Below, one piece after another: positions 36,149 to 48,765 of a stretch of 64,000 nt of DNA. The notes under the pieces are model-generated. The model did not search any database, was not told the DNA's origin, and saw only the letters and a list, made by a program, of their open reading frames with translations. Source of the DNA: Tubulanus polymorphus (lineage: Eukaryota > Animalia > Nemertea). The translations under genes and the position numbers were made by a program. Numbering within the stretch: the first letter of the stretch is position 1; every line of letters starts with the position of its first letter. The stretch spans positions 13,204,050 to 13,268,049 of the forward strand of contig NC_134026.1 of assembly GCF_964204645.1 (NCBI RefSeq). Direction: 5' to 3'.

Positions 36149-37396
36149 ATGAGTGGGAGTTATATCAATCCTTCTAAGAATCATAGAATATCTAATGCTA
36201 TTAAAGCAGAAAGATCACATCATATAATTACTCATAACCCTTCTAATATTAATCCCGATGAAACTTTATATGTTAGAATCCCTCGATTAACACAAAATAC
36301 TTTTTATGTTCCAAATAGTATTTATTTATCAGCCGATATAAAAGTACTCGGTAATAATAATAATAATGTTGTTGATAATGTTGGAAGATATTTGATTAAA
36401 AAGTTAACTATAAAGATTGGTCCAGAAACAGTTTTCTCATTAGATGATTATAATTTATTTATGCATTATAAAGATTTATGGTTAACTAAAGAAAACAGAA
36501 ATAATATGATATTTCAAGGAATCCAATCAGAAAACCAAAATAAATTAAGATCAGAAGCTAATAGCGCAATATTAACTAATGCTATAGATAAATTGATAAA
36601 AAGTATATATGGAAGCAAATATAAAATTCCATTACATTTTGAATTGATAAATGATAATGCACCTTTATATAAATACGCAATTCAAGAAGATGTTATATTC
36701 GAAATAACATTTGCTCCTGTAAATGAAATTGTAATATCTAGCGTTAATAAAGATATGAGTTATAAATAATCGAATATATGTTTAGAATATGACACAGTAA
36801 CTGATGAAAATATTTCAAGTATAATTCAAACTAAATACAATCAAGGATTTTCATTATTATATGATTATATTGATAAATTTAAAACCGTAACTATTAATGC
36901 AAATGATGAAATTATTAATGAGAATATTAACTTCCCAAGAAGATCTATTAAAGGTATATTAATATTTTTTACCATTGCAACATATACTAATGGCGCAATA
37001 AATGTTGATAATTATTATAATCCTGAAATAACAAAAGTAGAAACAACTATCGAAGGAATAGCAAATAAAATATTTTGTCAAGGAATGAGAATGATAGATC
37101 AATGGCCAGAAATTAGAAAACATCTTATGAATGAAAAAGGAAAATCATCTGAAAATTGTAACATTAAACAAATTGATTATTATACCGGTAATAAATATGC
37201 ATTATGGTTAGATTTAAGAACAACAGAGGATAATTCATTACATGGTTCTGGAAAAAAGCTGCAGAATACTAAAGATGAAATACAATTATTCATGACAGAG
37301 AATAAAGGAATCAAAAATTTTAAAATGCACATTTATATTATATCTGACGCGCAATTAAATATTGTAAATTCACAATTAGATAGTGTTATGTATTAA
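36149..37396 (+). pseudogene. Putative major capsid protein, full length with one premature stop
   Basis: Same frame throughout; TAA at 36767 where the other copies encode Leu. Confidence 0.65.
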
Positions 37397-37429
37397 AATT
37401 TTAACTTTAATAAAAAATCTTATATTAAA

Positions 37430-37990
37430 TGGAAGGAGGTAAAGTATATAAACATATTCCATACATCGATACACATGAAAATAATGATGGTTTATATTAT
37501 GTAATACCTTGTAATATAGCTTTTGATATTTGATCCTATTTTCAAAATTTATAAAACTAAACTAATAGAAATCAATAATGATGAAAGTGAAGTTGTTGAT
37601 AATTTAAGTAATGTAATTGATAATAATGAAATACCTTCTACATCTAATAATGTAATACCTTCTACATCTAATAATGTAATACTTACTACATCTAATAATG
37701 TAATACCTACTACATCTAATAATGTAATACCTTCTACATCTAATAATGTAATACCTTCTACATCTAATAATGCAATAATATTAAATGTTAGTGAAAATAG
37801 AAATTATTGTGATTATTGTAATGGTGAATTTTCAAACGCTCCATCAAATTGGAATAATCATATGAATACAAATTCATATATTCATATATCACCGTGTGCG
37901 TGCCGTACGGCACCATTTTCATTATCAGATTTAATTTTATTCCATAATTCTGAAACGTTAGAATATGATACTTCACTCTCTGGGTTATAA
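37430..37990 (+). CDS. Hypothetical protein with NNVIPSTS repeats and a Cys pair, probably frameshifted
   Basis: TAAATG start at 37430; about six 24-bp repeats at 37620-37770; YCDYC motif. Confidence 0.5.
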
Positions 37991-38028
37991 TATAAATCTC
38001 TTAGATATTGTTCTTTTTTCATCTTATT

Positions 38029-38397
38029 TTAATCCATTAATAATAATCTTGGTTTATTTTCAATGACTTTATCATTTGACTTATTTTCTGGTATGATAGG
38101 TTTATTATCATTGGAATCATCTTTATCATCAGATTTGAATTTTGATTTATATATTACACCAGATAATATAATAACTGTTACTAATCCAATTGTAATATAT
38201 AATATACAATTACTTCCAGCATTAGAAGAATCAGATGGATTATTATTTGAATCAATATCAGATAAAGTCTGTGATTCATTTATATCAGTTAATTTCTTTT
38301 TCTTAGCTTTTTTTAATTCTGAAGATCTTTTACCTAATTCTCTTGCCCATTTAATTTGTTTCTCGGATCTAGCCTTTTTCATAACTCCATCACTCAT
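38029..38397 (-). CDS. Small membrane protein
   Basis: RSEKQIKWARELG plus TM; divergent homologue of 47511-47858. Confidence 0.65.
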   Translation of the reverse strand: MSDGVMKKARSEKQIKWARELGKRSSELKKAKKKKLTDINESQTLSDIDSNNNPSDSSNAGSNCILYITIGLVTVIILSGVIYKSKFKSDDKDDSNDNKPIIPENKSNDKVIENKPRLLLMD

Positions 38398-38995
38398 TTA
38401 TTTTAGTTAATTTTTGTTCTGATTCATTTTCTGTTTCGACGTTTGGTTGTAGTACATTTGTTTCGTTCTTACCTGATTTATATTCCATAGGCTTGATGTT
38501 CGAAAATGTTATGACACCAGTAGAAATTAATGTCATAACCGATCCTATTTGAAATGAAGCATAACCAACCCATTTTTGTAATTCAGACATAACTAAGTAG
38601 TCATTTTTCAAATCATTATATAATTATTTTCATCATCAATTGGCATTAACTGGTTACATAACTTAGAATAACATTTGACAATACCATCTGAAATAGAATC
38701 ATTTATTCTAGCTAATCTTGACTCTTCATAAATCTTAAAATATTTTATTACTTTATCTGGTTTCATAACATCTAATTCTTGAAAAGTAATAGTCTTAGTT
38801 AAAAACTCTTTAGTTTTTCCACCGGCAATCAATAGTTCTAGATGATGCTTACAATATAAATAGTATTCATAATCTATATTACAATTAACTTGAGCACAAT
38901 TAGTTACAACTGTATCTTTATTATCACTTATACCCAAATCATCTAATGTTTTTTCAATATCAATACTTTTCTTATTAGATTTCTTTGAAATTCAT
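38390..38995 (-). pseudogene. Divergent homologue of 47791-48396, frameshifted
   Basis: YEYYLYCKH, ARINDSIS and KNDYLVMSEL motifs. Confidence 0.7.
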
Positions 38996-39238
38996 ATTAG
39001 AGAAAAAAAGCAAAGAAAATATTATAAGTATTCTTCAAATGATACTAGTATCTCTTTGGGTTAATACTAGTTAGTTAAAGGTAAAGAATTTTAGTATTAG
39101 TTATTGTTTTTTTAGTATTTTTTATTTGTGATATAAAGTATTCTTTTTTTGAAAAGAAAATATTAAAAATATAATAGAATTCACTAGCAGTTAAAGTTAT
39201 GTAATTGTTAATATTTTTTATTTGAGATATATTAATCT

Positions 39239-39907
39239 TTAACCACGCATTAAAGACTCAACGTATTGTTCATTATTTGGATCATTGTTCCATTGATCAA
39301 TAAATTTCTTTGCCTTTGTTAACTGTTCTAAATATAACTGTAAATCTAGTTTATTAGATTTAATTATGTTTTCCTTCTTTTCTAAAGGTCTTAAATTCTT
39401 CCAATTCCAAATAAGTTTTTTATTGTATTCATCATTCATGTGAAATTTAGAAATCGGTAAGACGTGATCAATATGGTAATAATCCCCATAATTATCTATA
39501 TTCATTTTATCATCGAATTGAAATATAATCCATGATTTGAGAAATTCATCTGAACAACCCAATAGATTAGATAGTGTTTCTGAATGTGTTTCTTTGTTGA
39601 ATAATTGTGTTAATCTAGATCTTAAACATTGTTTCAATCTAAAATTAAGATCTGTTTGATATCTTTCTCTCATATATTCTGTCATATAATCATTATAAGC
39701 TTCTCTATTATCTTCCCGATATTGTTTGGTATATAGTTTAAAACAAGTTTTACAGCAATATTGAAAACCATCTTTGCTAATCTTACGCTTACTAAATTCT
39801 GTTAAAGCTAATTTATCTAATTCACACTTAGAACACTTCTTGTAATATATATTTATAACACCAGTGTTATTTGTAATATTGATAATTTGTGGTTGTTCTG
39901 GTTCCAT
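39239..39907 (-). CDS. HNH endonuclease with an N-terminal CxxC..CxxC zinc ribbon (large-DNA-virus type)
   Basis: KKCSKC..F..DG..CKTC; FRLKQCLRSRL; LLGCS; NYGDYYHIDHVLP; WKNLRPLEKKENIIKSNK. Confidence 0.8.
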   Translation of the reverse strand: MEPEQPQIINITNNTGVINIYYKKCSKCELDKLALTEFSKRKISKDGFQYCCKTCFKLYTKQYREDNREAYNDYMTEYMRERYQTDLNFRLKQCLRSRLTQLFNKETHSETLSNLLGCSDEFLKSWIIFQFDDKMNIDNYGDYYHIDHVLPISKFHMNDEYNKKLIWNWKNLRPLEKKENIIKSNKLDLQLYLEQLTKAKKFIDQWNNDPNNEQYVESLMRG

Positions 39908-40044
39908 TTATTATACGTATTTTTTTACTAAATTGGTTAATATTTTAGAATCCTCTTCCATTTCTTCGACCAACGTCATCCTTTTTCATTCCTCGTTGCT
40001 TTTGATAAGTTGTTTCGATTCCCTGATATCTAAATAATACCACT

Positions 40045-40705
40045 GGGCGAAACCGCTCTTATAGGAGCGTTTTTGCTTAATGCGCATGCGTTAATCATAA
40101 TTATATATTCATTCTATAAATTCTGTAAAATAGAAACAACACATGCGTTACATGCGTCACATGCGGCCATTGATGTCCGGTTTTGCTTAATGCACATGTG
40201 TTAATCATAATAGAAACAACCGACATGAAATATCTAAATAATACCACTGGGCAAACCGCTCTTATAGGAGCGTTTTTACTTAATGCGCATGCGTTAATCA
40301 TAATTATATATTCATTCTGTAAATTCTGTAAAATAGAAACGACCGACATAAAATATCAAAACGTGTTCGCATTAGGCAAAACCGCTCTTATAGGAGCGTT
40401 TTTGCTTAATGCGCATGCGTTAATCATAATTATATATTTATTCTGTAAAATAGAAACAACTGAACATAGAAAATTCAAACGCATGTGCACTAGGCAAAAC
40501 CGCTCTTATAGGAGCGTTTTTGCTTAATGCACATGCGCTAATCCTAATTATATATTCATTCTGAATAGAAACGACCGAACATAAAAAAATTCAAACGCAT
40601 GTGCACTAGGCAAAACCGCTCTAATAGGAGCGTTTTTGATCAATGCGCATGCGCTAATCCTAATTATATATTCATTCTGAATAGAAACGACCGAACATAA
40701 AAATT
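40045..40705. repeat. About 120-bp tandem repeat, 5 units, with internal palindromes
   Basis: AAACCGCTCTTATAGGAGCGTTTTT...TAATGCGCATGCGTTA recurs near 40051, 40253, 40379, 40497 and 40613. Confidence 0.9.
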
Positions 40706-40794
40706 CACCAATCAGATTTACACAATACATTATACAAATATGTTCGATCGTTGTATTGACAAAATTTATAGTTTCAACTAATACATTATTTTAT

Positions 40795-41361
40795 TTATAA
40801 TTCCAACCAGAACTTTTCAATTTCTGGATCATTGTCAAACATTTTTTCAATATCGTTTAAATATTTTACTATATCAGAAAATGACAAACTTAAAAATTGG
40901 AATCTGTTATATGTAATTAATCTCCCTACACTTCTTAATTTTCTTTCATACCCAGCACTAATACCTATATATTTTTTAACCCAAGAAGTCCAAGAAATCC
41001 CCGCAGTTTGTTTATTAAACTCATTTCCGCTCATTTTCTTTTTAGTTTTTGTTCCTTTTAGTCTTAACAATATTTCTACATTGGTTGTTGGTCTTTTCGG
41101 TAATGATGTTACGCTTGATTGCTTGTTTTCTATTATTTTTTCTAAAATTAATGTCATTTCTTGATGGTAATATAAATGTTTTTTAACTTCTTCTAACGTT
41201 TCATCTTCTATATCGAAAGATTCTTTTACTTCAGTACCCATTTCGGTTGGTTCATCTTCCATTTCGGTTGGTTCATCTTCCATTTCGGTTGGTTCATCTT
41301 CCATTTCGGTTGTCCTCTGAGAATCAAGAGTACTTCTTGATACACACGACATTTTATTCAA
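40795..41361 (-). CDS. Hypothetical protein with TEMEDEP repeats
   Basis: 188-aa ORF; three 21-bp repeats at 41240-41310; start codon uncertain. Confidence 0.55.
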   Translation of the reverse strand: MNKMSCVSRSTLDSQRTTEMEDEPTEMEDEPTEMEDEPTEMGTEVKESFDIEDETLEEVKKHLYYHQEMTLILEKIIENKQSSVTSLPKRPTTNVEILLRLKGTKTKKKMSGNEFNKQTAGISWTSWVKKYIGISAGYERKLRSVGRLITYNRFQFLSLSFSDIVKYLNDIEKMFDNDPEIEKFWLEL

Positions 41362-42099
41362 CTAAAAGGTATCAGCGGTAGAACAGGAACCGCGATATTA
41401 AATGATATAAATATTTTCAAGTCTATCGTTTCTAATTATTATAACTTATTATAGTTCAAGTTATTATCTATCTAACGTAAAATAGAATTAACTGTATGAA
41501 GTTGTAGTTGTCAAAAGCACTTAAAGGTTTCATATTTAATAGCCCCAATAACTACAAAAGAACAGTACTTACATTTAGATTTATAATTGTAAACTATAAA
41601 CTCCTAATTTCGTTTCGATAGATAGAATATCCTATGCACAATGTTACAGCGTCTGTTCATTTTCGGGGCGATTTCTAGAATGACACGTCGTTGATTATTA
41701 CACGTCATCTGGTTCCGGTACACCTTTCTAGAATATTCTACACGTTTCTGATTATGACATGTCATCTCTATTCAGAGTTCCAGCACACCTTTCTAGAATT
41801 TTCTCTACACGTTTGAAATATTATGACTCATATGTCTCGGCGTCATAGTAACAGCTGTAACAGCTGTGAATTTATAGATTTATTCAATAGTTCATTACAT
41901 GAAATGTATATAGGTTCAAATAGAATCATGTTCTAGTATAAACAGCTATGCATTATTTCAATCACACTTTACTAACACTTTTAATGTTTAAAAATCTAAC
42001 TCACACAAATATGAATATTGAAATAATGTTGTAAATATATACTTTTATATTGAATAATCTGTCAATTTAAATGTTATTCATTTACATGAATATTTTAAG

Positions 42100-42508
42100 A
42101 GTAATAGGGGTAATGGGCTTTCATATCAAAGGTTGAAAGGTCGAGTTCATTAAAAACAAATATTAAAAGTAATTTAAAACTATAATATATTTTCATAACC
42201 GTGTGTATTTCAGTTGAATAATAGAATAATTATTATTATTTGAATATATTTGATTATATGAATTTGTGTATTGTAAATAAATCAATTGGTCGCGGAGCGG
42301 AGCGGTAGCGAAGTGGAGCGACCAATTGATTTAATACAATATGCTTTTAAAATTTAAATTATTGATATCTTAGAATAAATATTTAGTTATAATATAAAAT
42401 GCACACGGTTATGAAAATATATTATAGTTTTAAATTACTTTTAATGTTTTGTTTTTAATGAGCTCGACCTTTCGACCTTTTGTATGAAAGCCCATTACCC
42501 CTATTACT
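42100..42508. repeat. Terminal palindrome (hairpin) 2, right end of an element
   Basis: Same terminal arms as hairpin 1, a GC-rich apex, and a near reverse complement of 60686-61089. Composition returns to host-like afterwards. Confidence 0.88.
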
Positions 42509-45500
42509 ATGACACTTTTTAGGCTCGAAAAGAGCCTTAACAAGAAGTGCCGAAGTGTAGGGAGCGACTAGTATTATTCGCACAATCAACCGTTCAGTTC
42601 GACAAGTTGAGTCGCTTTATCGCTTTTCTAGCAATCAATAAATGCTCCCTATTGTGCGTACTGATCACGCCGCTTAAAGCGTATGTATGTTTCAATGCGC
42701 GAAATTAAATAGTTCCAATTGTCACCTAATTTTACTTTGCTGTCCGGAAGAAATTCAAATGTGTCGCGTTACTTTTACGCGAAGAGTGAAACAAATTAAT
42801 TATTGGAAACAATACGATAGTTTTGTGCTTGAAGATAAGATACTGCCCGCGCGCATCAATCGACCGCGCTTTACTACAAGTATCCAAGTAGGCCTACAAC
42901 TGATGTGTCGAATCGATGATGAGTGTTGCATTATATTTATCTCTCTCTAAATCGCAAATCTTTCTCTGGCTTTGCGCATAGGTTATTTCAAGTAGTGAGA
43001 AAAAATTGTACGGTTAGCTTTGGTGCTACTGATGTCGATTTCTATTCTTCATCTCATCATTCCAGATAGCAGTGGAAATGTGTAGAGATTTAGGGGGATG
43101 AGGGTTATTGAGGCTTGGGTCACATAATTTTTCCGAGATCGGTAGATCACATTTTGCGGCCGTAAAAGCGCTGCGAACCGTAAAAGCGTTCATTGTTTGT
43201 GTTTTCCCGATCTCCGTTTACTTTACGTTGTACATGTATATATAAGTGTCACACGGAAAAAACCAATGCCAGTTATTGATGTGCAGTCGCGGTCATGGCC
43301 ATGTTTCAGAAGGTACCGGTATAATACCACGGAATATAAATGTTCTAAACTCGAAAGGGGGACACCTTCGAATTTCTGATATTTTTCGAGCCTCAGGATC
43401 TTTGGTCCTCTAGTTGCTTTTTTTGTAGTATCCGGTGAGCGTGGTTCACGTGTGTTCCAGGCACGGGGCAAATTTTTTTGGCTGTAGCCTGTTCCACGGC
43501 CAATTTGGTCCGTGCCCAATTGGCCTCTGTGTGATGACGGCTGATGTGATTTACAATTAACTGATAATCTGTAGTTCTAATCCAACCACTTGGACTTCAC
43601 TTAAACAATTGATCCAACACTATGGTTGCAGGTGACCTCTCATTACCCCTCAAAAGCCTTGTTACCTATTGAAATGTCTGATTTCTTGTTACTTATTCGC
43701 TAGGTGGCGCTCTCCTCTATCTGATAAAACGGTTAGCCAAACATTAAACATTGAAACATTGAACATTAAACATCAACAACGTTGACCTCGACCGCGGTCA
43801 ATCGAATACATGGACACAAAAAATCGCCAGGTGTTGGCGCAAGCAAATCATGACGTCTAAACACGATTGCGTAAGCATGTCTACTGACCGCGACTGGTTA
43901 CTACACGTAACGAAGATGCGTCTATTAATATCTAGCTATGGAAATAGGTTATTTTATAAAATATACTACAAGTGTGAACCTCATAGATATATACATATAC
44001 ATCTTCTTGTATTCATTGAATCATTTGTGAAATAAGCGAAATTAACGTAAATTTCATCCTTAATGTATACAGTGCAACAATGTTATCAAGTTTTTAGCAT
44101 TCTATCTAACTGGATCGTGAAGATAGTTGATCACAATCAATTAAGAAATATTGTAAATAATAGTTTATCAGCAAGTCGTTGACAATTCAATGTTTTCAAT
44201 GTTTAAAGACATGAGAATTTTAAACATAACATAGTGGATATACGGTAACGAAGGGCTAAATTATGAAGCAAATAAAGTCAAAATACAAAATGAGAATAAA
44301 GATTATAAGAGAGATGGAAAAAGATATATACATTCATCTACGAAGTCAATTAATTGCGGCGTATTACTACATCACTTGGTGTAAACGCGTCGCTGTGCTG
44401 AGAGGTGCGAAAACAGCAACATCGTTTCCAATCGAATATGAAATCATGGAATGATGTGGCAGAGCACTGATTCATTTCTTGAGGATTGACAAATTCGATG
44501 TTCACATTTTTGAATGTTTGGGGCTACAAGAACCAAGGTATCATTACCATAATAAGCTTTGTCCATTATCTATGAGAAATACACGGTCCGACCGATTAGT
44601 TTGGAATTGATTGGAACGCATTTGATTTGGGTCAGATACCAGGCCTACACCCACCTCACATATCAATAACTGTAACCTTCCCAAAACTAAGCCGCCAGAT
44701 AACGCTGCTCAATGGGAAGTATTACTGCTAAACTTGTCAAATCAAGTCTAGTTTAGATGTATATGAATCCATCGGGTAATATGTAAATAGTATGTTCTGT
44801 AAATGACGTTTGTTATGTTTTAAGATACGTTTTCATTTACCTCCTAAATGAATGCTTTTTTTCCTCCTCCATATGCCATAGAAGTGGTTGGAGTGTAATG
44901 GATATTCGTATTCGTATTAAAAGTATTGAGAGCAATCTGATCGAATAGTATTAAAACATTTGTGTAACTGAAGCTTTTATATGTATATACGTATTTATGT
45001 GCGCTCTCATTTCCAGCAACTTTCGGTTTAGGGATGAGAAAAATGTTCTTTTATGTTTTCTATGGAATTTCATAGATAGGAAAATATTAAGTTTTATAGA
45101 ATATTGAAGTGATTGTTTTTTCATCTTTGACAATGGATTTACCCTGCGTAAAGGGTGATTTATACGGCGGGCAGAAAGCATATGTTTATTTTATATCTTT
45201 CAACTTCATGGGCTTGCAGATATTGATTTCTTGGTGAGGGGATTCGATAACTTTCGTTAGAAACTTTCTCTCTTGTTAAGGGCTCGGGAACAATCTATGG
45301 TTTATTGATTAAATGGTTAAAGAGGCGAATAACATATGAAGAAGTCGATTCGGTGACGAGAAAAACGACCGAGCAATACACACGTTCTTAAACCAAGTTA
45401 TTAATAGACGCAACTTACTGACGTATAGCTACAGCTGACCGCTCTCGCGGTCGCATACGCAATCGTGTTTAGCCGTCTGGATTGGCTCGCGCCATCACCT

Positions 45501-45604
45501 AGCGATTTGTTGTCAAGGTCGAGGTCGAGTTTGTTTATCAGTAGAGTAGACATAGTTACGTAAAATGTCTGGACTACGGCACAGTGTATACCAGCGCCAC
45601 CTGG

Positions 45605-45985
45605 CGAATAAGTAACAGCGAGAAAATCTGACTTGTTCCTTATTGGGAGAAGAATTCTCAATAAGTAACGAAAATTGAACCGGTGAAAACGAAAATCTGA
45701 ATAAGTCACAAGTAACAAGTTACTTGTTCCTTATTGGGCGATGAATTCTCAATAAGTAACAAGAAAATCTGAATAAGTAACAAGTAACAAGTTACTTGTT
45801 CCTTATTGGGAGATGAATTCTCAATAAGTAACGAAAATCTGAACCGGTAAAGACGAAAATTTGAATAAGTAACAAGTAACAAGTTACTTGTTCCTTATTG
45901 GGAGATGAATTCTGAATAAGTAACGGAATAAGGAATAAGAAACAAGTAATGAACTTCACTGGGGATCTCCCAATAAGGAACAAGT
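45605..45985. repeat. Irregular tandem repeat (ACTTGTTCCTTATTGGGAGATGAATTCTCAATAAGTAAC core, 4 copies plus an inverted partial)
   Basis: Core near 45630, 45722, 45794 and 45885; probably the interior of a non-autonomous transposon. Confidence 0.75.
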
Positions 45986-46170
45986 CAAGGTCGAGGTAAC
46001 CGCTCGCCAGCATCTGAAACAGTTATGCAACCGCGTTAGAGACATCTGAATTGAATACGAATTTATTCGCAATTCAAACGATTTCAGTAATTGGAAGATG
46101 TGGGTTTCAGATCAGAGGGCGAGAGGGCGAGACACCTCTCATCACCACAAGTAATTTTTTTTCCTAATAA

Positions 46171-46497
46171 ATGGGAGATAGAAAAGCATTCTTAGCAACA
46201 ATGAATAACAGAATAAAACAAGCAAAAAAACAATTTGAAATAAAAAAGTTAATTGATGTTACAAAAGAAATTGAACATAAAATATTAAAATTAGAAAAGA
46301 TAAAAACTAAATATGGAGAGAAAGTATCAGCGAATTTAAGCTACTGTAATGTTAGTACATCGCGAGAATTTACAGTGTGTTTACCTGATAAATGGGTTTC
46401 ATTGAGTACAGAGGAATTAAAAGATTTAGAAGGATTTAAAATAATCTATCATGGGAAAAATGAAGACGGTCATCATGATTTAGAAATTGTTGATTAG
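46171..46497 (+). CDS. Hypothetical protein
   Basis: 108-aa ORF with T-run plus TAAATG start; similar to 30720-31055. Confidence 0.6.
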   Translation: MGDRKAFLATMNNRIKQAKKQFEIKKLIDVTKEIEHKILKLEKIKTKYGEKVSANLSYCNVSTSREFTVCLPDKWVSLSTEELKDLEGFKIIYHGKNEDGHHDLEIVD

Positions 46498-47510
46498 ATA
46501 AAAAATAAAAATAATGAATATCTAGAATCCAAAATAACCTTAGTCGTTTTACAAACAACTACAATCATACAGTCAAACATCTGTTACATGTTATTATAAG
46601 AGAGTGCTTCATGTGAATATTGATCGATCAAACAGGTGTTGCAATTCAACGTTGTTGTTATAGCAGTTATATAACGCAGTACATACAACACACACAGGAC
46701 AGGAGGATAGTCATTCTCTCTCGTGATTAAAAGGAATATTTCAATGTTTTTACGGTAAGTTTTAGCAAAATTGCCCTATCCTCGACCTACAGAGTTTTCA
46801 GGGGATAAGCATCCCATTATTGAAAGGCACCACGGGACGCTTATCCCCCGTCATTTCTACTTACACCCCCGCGACCCACGTCAACCGGGATCTCCTTCAA
46901 TGATTGGCAGAAATTACATTATATTAAAGGCGCCTAATGTAATTTCTACCAATCTCGAAATTCGAAACCTAAGGAGAAACCCGGAGAGTGGACGAAGGTG
47001 CATTTTCAAAATGCCTCTGCTGGCCAGAGCTACTCCAGCGTCAGAATGAATTGCGTTATATACTTAGCTAAAACACCTAAGTAAATGTTGTTGGTGTTTA
47101 CTAAAGAAATATGTGAAATTTGAAATTATAAATTATTCCGAATGAAAAGAATATAGGAATGAAAACTGATAAATGAATTACGGATTTTTAACTTAATTAT
47201 GATATAATTTTTAATCAAATTAGTAATCAATTACCATGTTAATTGATTAACAAATTCAAATTCAAATATTCATTTTAGCATCACGCCCAGTGCTGCCATC
47301 TTTCAATTTAAGAAAAAACTAATAATAAGAAACGACTGTAATACAATGTTCAAGTAAAAACAAAATAAATTAATAAAAATAATGAATATCTAGACTCCGA
47401 AATGACTTATCTGGACAATTTAATTGCTCCGCATAGATAGACAAAAGTAGTGAGATATTCAATTATTTTTTTTGCTTTTTTTCTAAAATATTAATCCATT
47501 TTTTTTATTA

Positions 47511-47858
47511 TCAATTTGGAATTTCAGAAGTATTTTCATTTTTGATAGCAGTTGTTTCAGAATTATAAATATCATGAATTTTATGTGATTTCTTATACCA
47601 ATTACACCCAATCAAAATGAATACAATTACAAATCCAACCGTAAAATATAGACATTTATCAAATATTCTATCATTAGAAGGAGTAGAAATAACAATATTT
47701 TCACCATTTTTATTAACGTTTTTATTACTTATTTTTTCTTTTACAGCTTTTTTATATTCTTGTGATTTAATTCCTAATTGCCGAGACCATTCAATTTGTT
47801 TCTGTGATCTCGGTTTTTTCTTTACAGTTAATTCCTTCACTTCTTCCACCTTGTTCAT
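47511..47858 (-). CDS. Small membrane protein
   Basis: Homologue of 20980-21384. Confidence 0.65.
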   Translation of the reverse strand: MNKVEEVKELTVKKKPRSQKQIEWSRQLGIKSQEYKKAVKEKISNKNVNKNGENIVISTPSNDRIFDKCLYFTVGFVIVFILIGCNWYKKSHKIHDIYNSETTAIKNENTSEIPN

Positions 47859-48396
47859 TTATTATAGAAATATTTTTACTTTCAATATTTGAAAATGTTA
47901 TAACTCCAGTTGATAATAATGTCATAAATCCACCTAATTGAAATGATAAATATCCAATCCATTTATTTAATTCGGTCATAACTAAATAATCATTTTTTAA
48001 ATCAGCATATAATCTATTTTCATCTTGAATTGGCAGCATATAATTACATAATTTACTATAACCTTTTACTACATTTTCTGATATCGCGTCATTAATTCTA
48101 GCTGTTCTCGCGGTTTCATAAATCTTAAATAATCTAATAATTTCATCTGATTTCATTGTATCTAATTCATTATAAGTTAAATTTTTACCGATAAAATTTT
48201 TACATTTTCCAGATGCTATTAATATTTCTAATTGATGTTTACAATAAAGATAATATTCATAATTATTATTTGTTGTAACATTATTTAAAGCACCATCATC
48301 TGGAATTAATTTGTTTTCTGTTATTCCTAAATCATCTAAAGTTTTTTCAATTGGAACATCACCATTTTTAGATTTTATTTTCTTTTCACCTACCAT
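47791..48396 (-). CDS. Conserved hypothetical protein
   Basis: Intact 201-aa ORF; three copies in the window. Confidence 0.75.
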   Translation of the reverse strand: MVGEKKIKSKNGDVPIEKTLDDLGITENKLIPDDGALNNVTTNNNYEYYLYCKHQLEILIASGKCKNFIGKNLTYNELDTMKSDEIIRLFKIYETARTARINDAISENVVKGYSKLCNYMLPIQDENRLYADLKNDYLVMTELNKWIGYLSFQLGGFMTLLSTGVITFSNIESKNISIINEQGGRSEGINCKEKTEITETN

Positions 48397-48424
48397 TTAT
48401 ATAACAAAAAAATTAGTTGTGATG

Positions 48425-48700
48425 TTGCAACTAGAATTCAACTAGAATGTAACTAGAATTCAACTAGATTAACAAGCTAGTTGAAATATTGTTGTTTTTG
48501 TTTATTTCTTGTTAAATCTAGTTGATTTTTGTTCCAACTACTAACAACTAGAATTCAACTAGAATGTAACTAGAATTAAACTAGATTAACAAGCTAGTTA
48601 AAATATTGTTAAATCTAGTTGATTTTTGTTACAACTACCAATAACTAGAATTCAACTAGAATGTAACTAGAATTCAACTAGATTAACAAGCTAGTTGAAT
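48425..48700. repeat. AACTAGA-based short repeat cluster (AACTAGAATTCAACTAGA...)
   Basis: Three blocks about 115 bp apart; a shorter homologue lies at 21950-22092. Confidence 0.8.
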
Positions 48701-48765
48701 TTAAATAAATTCATATTTAAATGGGTGTTGTAATCTAAATAGTAATTTTGATCTTTTAATATTTT

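Larger units (their letters stand above)
30014..42508 (+). mobile_element. Maverick/Polinton-like virus fragment B, ending in terminal hairpin 2
   Basis: pPolB C-terminal piece, minor capsid, structural block, MCP, accessory genes, subterminal repeats and hairpin. Confidence 0.85.

Noticed and set aside
13789-42508. One intact 28.7-kb Maverick bounded by hairpins 1 and 2
   Set aside because: Outer flanks (AGCCTG vs ATGACA) are not a TSD, the hairpin interiors differ, and the inside holds two opposed partial genomes.
45605-45985. Repeat cluster as CRISPR or a regulatory array
   Set aside because: Intervening sequences are themselves repeated and irregular; typical transposon interior.
42509-46100. 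Short ORFs as host genes
   Set aside because: No recognisable domains or consistent exon structure; looks like intergenic DNA and repeat remnants.
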